From: Dehalococcoidia bacterium | GTDB lineage: Bacteria; Chloroflexota; Dehalococcoidia; UBA2979 | Reading direction: 5' to 3' | NCBI GenBank assembly: GCA_020845735.1 | Contig: JADLFF010000034.1 | Location: 10,884-74,883 of the forward strand | Length of the DNA stretch: 64,000 nt | Shown: in pieces, positions 17,309 to 24,980 of the stretch | Layout: each line of letters begins with the position of its first letter | Position numbering within the stretch: position 1 is the stretch's first letter | Notes under the pieces: generated by a model | The model's database searches: none | Seen by the model: the letters and a program-made list of their open reading frames with translations, nothing else | What the model was told of the DNA's origin: nothing | Program-made: the position numbers and the translations under genes

Positions 17309-17662
17309 CTACGCCGCCGCAGGCCAGAGCCGCGATACCAGCGCGTTCACATCCACCGGCGCGCGCAGCACCTCGGCGCCAACCTCCGCCAGCCCCGCGG
17401 CGTCGAATCCACGCTCGGCAAATACGAACAGACGTGTATCACGAGCCAGATAGCGAACGCGCATCGCGAACTCCAGCACGGGCGAGTCCGGCCGCCCCGA
17501 ACACACGAGGACAGCGTAGTCCGCGGCCTCAACCCACTGGAGCGCCGATTCGAGGTCGCTCGCGAGGTCCACGGTCAGGCCCATCTCTTGCATGACAAGC
17601 GTGGTCGCAAACATCGCGCGCTCGTCATCGAGCGCCACCAGCGCACTGCCGTACCCACTCAT
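17309..17662 (-). CDS. stand-alone CheY-like receiver-fold protein (probable pseudo-receiver)
   Basis: Trimmed to ATG 17662. ALVALDDE (acidic pair) is present, but the expected phospho-Asp position reads AVLVCSGRP. Confidence 0.5.
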   Translation of the reverse strand: MSGYGSALVALDDERAMFATTLVMQEMGLTVDLASDLESALQWVEAADYAVLVCSGRPDSPVLEFAMRVRYLARDTRLFVFAERGFDAAGLAEVGAEVLRAPVDVNALVSRLWPAAA

Positions 17663-17849
17663 CGGGACCCGGGGATGAGTCTCGCGCACGTGTATCCGCC
17701 GCTCCGCAACGCTCGTATGGGAGTTATCGGCGGAGATAGGACGGTCCTGTAGGGGAATTCCCGCATCCGAGGCCGCCTCGTAGGATTGAGGACGACACGC
17801 GCCCGCTCGCAGTCCACAGCGCCGCCGCGAGGATGGTCGGAGGCCCGCC

Positions 17850-18728
17850 ATGACACCGTTCCAGGTCGGCGCCCACGTATCGTCCTCTGGCGGCCTCTGG
17901 AAGGCCGTCGAGCGCGGGGTCGCCATCGGTGCCGAGGCGCTCCAGATCTTCCCCTCCGCACCGCAGAACTGGCGCCCGACGAACCACACGCCCGAGGCGT
18001 ACGCGAAGTTCCTCGAGGCGCGCGCGGCCGCCGGCATCGGCGAGGTCTGGGTCCACTGCATCTACCTCGTGAACCTGGCGACAGAGGCACCCGAGCAGCT
18101 CGAGAAGTCGATTGCCGCCGTGGTCAACGCGCTGTCCGTCGCCGAGCGCGTCGGCGGGAACGGGGTCGTGCTCCACACCGGCTCACATAAGGGCGGGGGC
18201 CTCGAGGGCTGTCTGCCTCAGGTGGCAGGCGCCATCGAGCGCATCCTCAGCGAGGCCCCGGGCTCGACGGTGCTCGCCCTCGAGAACGCCGCGGGCCACG
18301 GCGGCACCATCGGCCGGGACTTCCTCGAACTGGGCACGATCCTTCGCGCGGTCTCGAATCCCCGCCTCCAGGTCTGCGTCGATACCTGCCACGCCTTCGC
18401 CGGCGGGTACAACCTCGCGGATCGCGACGGCGTGCAGGCCATGCTCGAGGAGTTCGACCGCGAGGTCGGGCTCCAGCACCTCGCGGTGTGGCACCTCAAC
18501 GACTCCAAACAGGGGCTGGGCGACCAGCGCGACCGGCACGAGAACATCGGCGACGGGCGCATCGGCACCGAGGGCTTCACGGTCTGGCTCGATGCGATCG
18601 CGCGCGTGCCGGAGATCACGGCGAGGGCGATGCTCCTCGAGGTCCCCGGGATCACCGACGACGGGCCGGATGCCGAGAACGTGCGGCGGATGAAGGAGAT
18701 CCGGGCAGCCGTGGAGGCCGCGGGCTAG
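17850..18728 (+). CDS. nfo: deoxyribonuclease IV (endonuclease IV)
   Basis: GGAGG RBS. GAHVS..GG, LQIF..SPQNW, VVLHTGSH, LENAAG, VCVDTCHAFAGGY, HLNDSK...G...DRHENIG.G. Confidence 0.9.
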   Translation: MTPFQVGAHVSSSGGLWKAVERGVAIGAEALQIFPSAPQNWRPTNHTPEAYAKFLEARAAAGIGEVWVHCIYLVNLATEAPEQLEKSIAAVVNALSVAERVGGNGVVLHTGSHKGGGLEGCLPQVAGAIERILSEAPGSTVLALENAAGHGGTIGRDFLELGTILRAVSNPRLQVCVDTCHAFAGGYNLADRDGVQAMLEEFDREVGLQHLAVWHLNDSKQGLGDQRDRHENIGDGRIGTEGFTVWLDAIARVPEITARAMLLEVPGITDDGPDAENVRRMKEIRAAVEAAG

Positions 18729-18784
18729 TCCCGCTGTCCGAGGTGGCCACCCCTCGTGGTCGAGGTCAGCCTCGCGCTACGGGC

Positions 18785-19099
18785 CTAGCGACGGCGAATG
18801 TCCCGCACGTGCCCGGCCATCGACAGCGCCTCGTCCAGCCAGTACAGGATCTCCCCCACGAGGTACTCCGTGACGCCGCCAACCTTCACCGGCGCGCCCG
18901 CCTCCTCGAGGCGGGGCATGAGCGCGGCGGCCATCGTCTTATTGTCCATCCCCGGATCGTTCGTCTCGGCGCGGATCGCGAGGTCGAGCTCGATCACGAG
19001 GTCCACCAGCTCGGAGGACACGAACCCACCGAGGTCTTCGCTCACCTGCTCGGCGACCCAGTCAGCGCATTCCTTGAGCGTCGACTCATCGAGGTTCAT
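18785..19099 (-). CDS. hypothetical acidic protein
   Basis: Trimmed to ATG 19099 (GGAG 6-7 nt upstream). No family recognised. Confidence 0.45.
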   Translation of the reverse strand: MNLDESTLKECADWVAEQVSEDLGGFVSSELVDLVIELDLAIRAETNDPGMDNKTMAAALMPRLEEAGAPVKVGGVTEYLVGEILYWLDEALSMAGHVRDIRRR

Positions 19100-19255
19100 A
19101 GCCACTCCGTTCCGCGGCCACATGCTACCGAGGCGTTCGCTCGCGCGACAAACCCGCCGCCGGCCGACTTCGTAGGGACTCTCACGTTGACGGAAGGGTA
19201 CCGGCCTTTCTAACCTCTACGGCACCACATTCTCCCGAGGTGTCTTGAGAAGCCG

Positions 19256-21235
19256 ATGCCCGGTGGCATGGAGGCTGCGATGGGGTTCCAGCAGGGCGCA
19301 GGCGGAGCCCGAGGACCGGCGGGGGGACCGCGCAAGCCCTCGCTCCTCCAGGCCTTCGAGTCGTTGCGCTACGGCAGCTACCGCACGCTCTGGATCTCGC
19401 AGCTCTTCTCGTTCATGGGCATGCAGATGCAGATGGTCGCCCGAGGGCTGCTCGCCTTCGAGCTGGCCGGCACCAACACGGCCGTCGGGATCACGATGGT
19501 GGCGTGGGGCCTCCCGCAGCTCGTGTTCTCGCTCGTCGGCGGCGCCGTCGCGGACCGCGTCGACAAGCGGAACGTGATCCTGATCTCCCAGCTGGGGACG
19601 GGCCTGCTGTCCCTCTTCAACGCCGTCCTCATCACCACCGGGTACATCTCGATCCCCTGGCTGTTCGTCCTCGGTGTCGCGCAGGGGACGCTCTTCGCCT
19701 TCAACATGCCCGCGAGGCAGGCGTTCGTCGCCGAGCTGGTGCCCCAGTCCTCGCTCATGAACGCGATCGCCCTCAACAACGTCGGGATGAACGCCACCAG
19801 GGTCGTCGCGCCCGCCGCCGCCGGCATCATGATCGGCCTCTGGGGCATCGAGTCGGCCTACTACACCCAGTCCGTGATGCTCCTCGTCGTCGTGGGCCTC
19901 ACCCTGGTCCTCCCGAAGAGCCGCGCGCACCTCGAGGGCGCCGCGCAGCGCAAGGGCATCTTCCAGGAGATCGGGATCGGGCTGCAGTTCATCGCCAGCT
20001 CCCGCACGATGATGCTCCTGATGCTGATGGCGTTCGTGCCCACGCTCATCGGCATGCCGTACATGACCCTCCTCCCGGGCTTCCGCGACGAGCTGGCGCT
20101 CAGCTCTCAGCAGTACGGCCTGATGTTCACCGTCACGGGCGTCGGCGCGGTCGTCGGCTCGGTCGCGATCGCCGCGCTCACGGACTTCTCGAGGAAGCCG
20201 CTCCTCCAGGCGGTCATGGGCCTCGGCTACGGCCTGTCGCTCGCGGCGCTCGGCCTCGGCGCGATCGCCGCCGGGTACTCGGGCACGCTCGTCGCGCTCC
20301 TGCTCCTCGGGCTCTTCTCGACGACCTACCAGACGCTCAACAACACCATGGTCATGGCTGAGACGCGCCCCGAGTTCTACGGCCGCGTCATGAGCGTCTA
20401 CATGCTCACGTTCAGCCTGTTCCCCCTCATGTCCGCGCCGATGGGCATCGTGGCCGACCGGATCAGCGCGACCACGACCTTCGTCGTCCTGGGAACGCTC
20501 ATCACGGCGTTCATCGTCCTCACGATCCTCCTCGCGCCGCGCTACACCTTCCGACGCCAGTCGGCCGCCGAGCGCCGCCCGCAGCACGGCCCGCGCCCCA
20601 CGAACGACGCAGCTCCGCCTCCTCCATCCGCCGAGGAGGCGCCGGTGCTCCCGGTGCAGGCCCCCCTCGCGTCACGGACGGCCACGGCAGCCCTCGCCGC
20701 GGGCGATGCCGCGCTGAGCCGCGGCCGTCGTCCCCGCTCGCGCGTCCCGAGGCGTGACTACCTCGGCAGCCCCTCAAGCGCTCCGGCTTCGCCCCCGGAC
20801 TACATGGCCGGGCAGGCGACCGATCGCCTCGAGGCTGAGTCGCCACGCTTCGAGGCGCTCCCGTTCCCGCCAGCGGGCACGTATGGCCTCGTCTCCCGCG
20901 GCCCCGAGGCGCAGCGCACGGCGACCAGCCAGCGCAGCTACGGCCTCGATGTCTCCGGCTCCGGCTCGCTCCGCGCGGTCGGGGGGACCGGGCCGATCGA
21001 GGCGGGCGACAGTGTGTCGTTCGCGGTGCTCCCGGTGCTTGAGGTGCCGGCGCTCACCCGGGGCTCGCAGGCGGGACGCTTCCTGCCGTCGCCCATCGAG
21101 CAGGTGACGGTGCCGAGCGCCACGCCTCGGGCGGACGCGTCGTCCCGCCCGATGTTCGTGGCCGCCCTCACAGCGGCGGTCAGCACGAGCGTCCTCTCGC
21201 TGTTCGTCCGCCGAGGCGGCAACAGGCCGCGCTAG
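19256..21235 (+). CDS. MFS transporter with about 220-aa disordered C-terminal tail ending in an extra hydrophobic helix
   Basis: About 12 hydrophobic segments (WISQLFSFMGMQMQMVARGLL..., GGAVADRVDKR) up to about aa 425, then a Pro/Ala/Ser/Arg-rich tail and the terminal segment FVAALTAAVSTSVLSLFV. Confidence 0.8.
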   Translation: MPGGMEAAMGFQQGAGGARGPAGGPRKPSLLQAFESLRYGSYRTLWISQLFSFMGMQMQMVARGLLAFELAGTNTAVGITMVAWGLPQLVFSLVGGAVADRVDKRNVILISQLGTGLLSLFNAVLITTGYISIPWLFVLGVAQGTLFAFNMPARQAFVAELVPQSSLMNAIALNNVGMNATRVVAPAAAGIMIGLWGIESAYYTQSVMLLVVVGLTLVLPKSRAHLEGAAQRKGIFQEIGIGLQFIASSRTMMLLMLMAFVPTLIGMPYMTLLPGFRDELALSSQQYGLMFTVTGVGAVVGSVAIAALTDFSRKPLLQAVMGLGYGLSLAALGLGAIAAGYSGTLVALLLLGLFSTTYQTLNNTMVMAETRPEFYGRVMSVYMLTFSLFPLMSAPMGIVADRISATTTFVVLGTLITAFIVLTILLAPRYTFRRQSAAERRPQHGPRPTNDAAPPPPSAEEAPVLPVQAPLASRTATAALAAGDAALSRGRRPRSRVPRRDYLGSPSSAPASPPDYMAGQATDRLEAESPRFEALPFPPAGTYGLVSRGPEAQRTATSQRSYGLDVSGSGSLRAVGGTGPIEAGDSVSFAVLPVLEVPALTRGSQAGRFLPSPIEQVTVPSATPRADASSRPMFVAALTAAVSTSVLSLFVRRGGNRPR

Positions 21236-21387
21236 GTCCGTCGTTCCGCCGCTCCGCGTCCGCGCCCTCGTCCTGACGCCATCCTCGTGGGCGGCTGGGC
21301 TCCCGCGGTCGCAGTTCGCTCGCGCTCCGTTATCATGCGCGAATTCGATGACCGGGAGCATGACCGGAGCAGCAAAGGGAGCGCCTC

Positions 21388-22731
21388 GTGACCTGGCAGG
21401 ACGAGTACAACGCGAAGCACATGACCTACGAGCAGGCAGCATCCCTGCTGCAGGCAGGAGATGTCCTCCGCTCGGGCATCGGCGCCGACGCGCGCAGCCT
21501 CCTCCCGGCCCTCTTCAACCGCGTGGTCGAGCTGGGCATGCAGGTCAAGATCATCGCCTGCTCCCCGAGCCCCTCGCAGGAGTGGTTCAACCCGGAGTAC
21601 GCCGACCTCGGCTTCAACCTCTCGTCCGAGGTGTTCGCGGGCGCCACGGCGCGCCAGGCGCTCACGGACAACCGCGCCGACTGGTACCCGGGGCTCTTCT
21701 CGAACATGATCAACGTCTGGGACCGCGACGCCGAGGCACGCGAGCCCGCCGACTTCTTCCACTGCTCGGTCACCCCTCCCGACGCGAACGGCTACATGGG
21801 CACGGGCGGCCTCGCCTGGCACAAGCTGGACTGGATCGAGCGCTCGAAGGTCGCCATCGTCGAGGTCTGCCCGTTCCTCCCCGATGTGCCCGGTGAGCGC
21901 ATCCACGTCTCGCAGGTCACGGGCATCATCGACTCCGCCCTCGAGTCCCTTCCCCTCACCGAGCGCGTCTCGACCAGGGAGGTGCAACTCGTCGCCGGCT
22001 TCGTCAACGAGATCATCCAGGACGGCGACACCTGCCAGATCGGCGCCGGCCGCACCGCGACCCACCTCCCCGAGGCAGGCGCGTTCGCCGGCAAGAAGGA
22101 CCTCGGCTGGCACTCCGAGATCACGCCGCCGGGCGTCGTGCAGCTGATGATGGAGGGCGTCTTCAACAGCTCGCGCAAGTCCTACGACGTCGGTCTGCAC
22201 GTCACGGCCTCCGTCAACGGCCGCACGCCCGAGCACTGGCAGTGGCTCCACAACAACCCACCCCTCGAGGGGCGGCGCGTCTCCTCGGTGAACCACATCC
22301 TGAACATCGGCCGCCACGAGCGCTTCACCTCGATCAACAACGCCTTCCAGGTCGACCTCACCGGCCAGATCTACGCCGAGTCGATCGGCACCTCGATCTA
22401 CAACGGCACCGGCGGCCAGACCGAGTTCCACCTCGGGGCTGCGATCTCCCGGGGCGGCAAGGCCATCACCGTGCTCCCCTCGACGGCGACCAACGGCACG
22501 ATCAGCCGCATCCTGCCGTACGCGACGGACGGCACGTTCGTCACGGTCCCGCGCACCTTCGCCGACTTCGTGGTCACCGAGTACGGCATCGCGCGCCTCG
22601 GTGGGCGCAGCCAGCGTCAGCGCGCGGACAACCTCATTGCGATCGCCCACCCGGACCACCGAGGTGAGCTGCGCAAGGCCGCCCAGACGATCTTCTACCC
22701 CTCGATGGTGAAGCCCGCCGTCAACGCATAG
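21388..22731 (+). CDS. acetyl-CoA hydrolase/transferase family protein (4-hydroxybutyrate CoA-transferase-like)
   Basis: 447 aa, AAAGGGAG RBS. INNAFQVDLTGQI..ESIG....NGTGGQTEF..GA, FVVTEYGIA.L.G.S..QRA..LI.IAHPDHR. Confidence 0.8.
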   Translation: MTWQDEYNAKHMTYEQAASLLQAGDVLRSGIGADARSLLPALFNRVVELGMQVKIIACSPSPSQEWFNPEYADLGFNLSSEVFAGATARQALTDNRADWYPGLFSNMINVWDRDAEAREPADFFHCSVTPPDANGYMGTGGLAWHKLDWIERSKVAIVEVCPFLPDVPGERIHVSQVTGIIDSALESLPLTERVSTREVQLVAGFVNEIIQDGDTCQIGAGRTATHLPEAGAFAGKKDLGWHSEITPPGVVQLMMEGVFNSSRKSYDVGLHVTASVNGRTPEHWQWLHNNPPLEGRRVSSVNHILNIGRHERFTSINNAFQVDLTGQIYAESIGTSIYNGTGGQTEFHLGAAISRGGKAITVLPSTATNGTISRILPYATDGTFVTVPRTFADFVVTEYGIARLGGRSQRQRADNLIAIAHPDHRGELRKAAQTIFYPSMVKPAVNA

Positions 22732-22796
22732 CCCGGCGGCCTCACTCCACGCGCTCCGAGGGCGTCGCGACCGCGCGGCGCCCCGCTCGCCCTCCT

Positions 22797-23515
22797 CCGT
22801 TCGCCCTGAGCCTGTCGAAGGGCCCGCCGTCCTCCAACGTCCGCGCCCGCACATCCGAGGCCCCGACCACCGCCTTCACCCGTTCGTGGTGAGCCTGGCG
22901 AACCACACACGCCCACCTCCAGACGCCCGAGCCCGCACCTCCGAGGCCCCGACCACCGCCTTCATCCGTTCGTGGTGAGCCTGGCGAACCACACACGCCC
23001 ACCTCGAGACGCCCGAGCCCACACCTCCGAGCCACCGCCCACCGCCCTCCTCCGTTCGCCCTGAGCCTGTCGAAGGGCCAGCCGTCGGCAGGAGGTGTGA
23101 ATCGAGCACCCTCCCACTCCGTTCGCTCTCCCGAGCTGCAAGCGGAGTTGCAGATCCCCCATTCACACCACCGAGGGCAGGTCGGCGCCTCGGAGGTGCG
23201 GCGCGGGCGTCTCGAGGTGGGCGTGTGTGGTTCGCCAGGCTCACCACGAACGGGTGAAGGCGGTGGCTCGGAGGTGAGGGCGCGGGCTCGGGGGTCTGGA
23301 GGACGGCTGGCCCTTCGACAGGCTCAGGGCGAACGGAGGAAGGCGCCGGCTGGGCGCCGGGCCCGCCACGAACGGATGCAGGCGGTGGTCGGGGGTCTCG
23401 GAGGGGGCAACGCGGAGCGGGAGTGCGAGGAGCGAAGCCCCTCGCAGGAAGGGGTGGGTGGGCGGCCCAGCCGGCCCGAAGCCTGTCCTGAGCCCGGCGA
23501 AGGGGGCCGTCCTCA
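22797..23515. repeat. mosaic cluster of REP-like modules (family A CCGTTCGCCCTGAGCCTGTCGAAGGGC; family B CCGTTCGTGGTGAGCCTGGCGAACCAC) in both orientations
   Basis: Forward: A 22797-22823, B 22877-22906, B 22963-22992, A 23052-23078. Reverse: B 23227-23256, A 23310-23336, partial B about 23365-23378. A-like variant at 23475-23512. Small hairpin CTGCAA-GCGGAG-TTGCAG at 23136-23153. Confidence 0.9.
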
Positions 23516-23558
23516 GATCCCCCGCGCGTCCGGCGGGCGAGCACGATCCCGAGCAGCC

Positions 23559-24476
23559 TCAGTCGAGGCCGAGGCGCGTCCGCTTCTCGTCCCACTCCTC
23601 GCGCTCACGGCTGTTCGAGGTGCCCAGCACCCCGAGCTCGCCTCGCAGCCGGGCACGCAGCGCGTCCACCTCGAGGCGTGTCAACGTGACGCCCTCCAGC
23701 CGGTAGTCCCGGAACGCCTCCATCGCCACCGGCACGATCGGCTCCATCAGCGCGTACATCGCCTCCGCGTACTCGCGGATCTCCCGCTGGGCGTGCGCGT
23801 CCATCCGCAGCTCGAGGAAGTGCAGGATGTTGTGGAGGTCGCACTTCCAGTACCACTGCGTGTAGGCGTTGATCGGCAGCCCCACGCGCGCCAGCTCGCG
23901 CGACACGCCACGCTCGAGCAGCTGCTCGTACTCCGGGTACAGCGACACGGCCCGCTCGAGGTAGGCCACGAACGCCTCGGCCGTGCTGGCGTCCCCGATC
24001 GGCTCCTCGCCACCCTGCCGATTCGTCGCCGACTGCTGCCGCACCTCGTCCGCCGAGGGCATCCAGAAGTGGTCCGGGATGATCGAGTAGCGCCCCGAGT
24101 ACTCGTTGACGTTCGCCGTCCGATGCCGGATCCACTGCCGCGCCACGAAGATGGGCATCGACATGTGGAACTTGAACTCCACCATCTCGAAGGGCGTCGT
24201 GTGGCGGTGCCGCATCAGGTAGCGCACCAGCCCGCGGTCCTCGTTGACGCGCTTCGTGCCCTGGCCGTACGAGACGCGAGCGGCCTGCACGATCGCCGCG
24301 TCGGCCGTCTTGCCCTCCGGCACCAGCCGAGGCATCACGTCCACCAGCGCCACGAACCCATGCTGGTGCACGCGGATCTCGTGGCGCGCCGATCCACCCA
24401 TCACATCCACGAGGGGTGACTCGGGCTCGGTGCGAATGCTGCCCGGAGCGGCCCGCACGGGCTCTTCAGCGATCAT
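23559..24476 (-). CDS. thyX: FAD-dependent thymidylate synthase ThyX
   Basis: ATG 24476 preferred (GGAGGG 6 nt upstream) over the GTG at 24488. RHRTANVNEYSGRY (ThyX RHRxxSxxxxSxRY-type motif), TTPFEMVEFKFH. Confidence 0.9.
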   Translation of the reverse strand: MIAEEPVRAAPGSIRTEPESPLVDVMGGSARHEIRVHQHGFVALVDVMPRLVPEGKTADAAIVQAARVSYGQGTKRVNEDRGLVRYLMRHRHTTPFEMVEFKFHMSMPIFVARQWIRHRTANVNEYSGRYSIIPDHFWMPSADEVRQQSATNRQGGEEPIGDASTAEAFVAYLERAVSLYPEYEQLLERGVSRELARVGLPINAYTQWYWKCDLHNILHFLELRMDAHAQREIREYAEAMYALMEPIVPVAMEAFRDYRLEGVTLTRLEVDALRARLRGELGVLGTSNSREREEWDEKRTRLGLD

Positions 24477-24604
24477 GGTGCCCTCCACTGTTCGAGGGCG
24501 ATGAGGCGGCGCCGGCAGCAGCCGGTGGGGGAGATCGTCGCCGTCACGTCGATACCCAGGTCTTGCGCTTCAACATACCGGACGAGGCGCCCTCGTCCTA
24601 TGGC

Positions 24605-24835
24605 CTAGCGTCGCTCGGCCTCCGCCGCCGCAGCCAGGCTCTGGCGAAGCCGCGCATTCGGCTCCCAGAGCAGGCACGGCGTCTCCATCTGCTCGAGGAA
24701 CGGCCCGACGCAGTCCTTGCCGTCGCGAATGATGTGCGAGCACAGCGTCTGAAACGGGTTCTGCTTCTGGCTCGAATCGATCGTCCGACGCAGCCAGAGG
24801 CAGTCGATGGCCATGTGTACATTGGGGTCCGGCAT
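24605..24835 (-). CDS. small Cys-containing hypothetical protein (76 aa)
   Basis: Non-Arg-rich, balanced composition in a locally lower-GC stretch. Four Cys (DCLW, LCSH, KDCVG, TPCLLW). A hairpin GGACGAGG-GCG-CCTCGTCC lies just downstream (24578-24598). Confidence 0.5.
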   Translation of the reverse strand: MPDPNVHMAIDCLWLRRTIDSSQKQNPFQTLCSHIIRDGKDCVGPFLEQMETPCLLWEPNARLRQSLAAAAEAERR

Positions 24836-24980
24836 GGCGACATTCTACGCATCGAGGCGCGTGGCGTCCCTCGGTAGAGCCCCACCCCCAGGGCGCGCCC
24901 GCCGAGGCACCCCGGCCCTCGACAGCGGGCGTCATACGTCGCATGATCCGCTTACCCGTCCAAGCCCATTGCGAGGAAGC

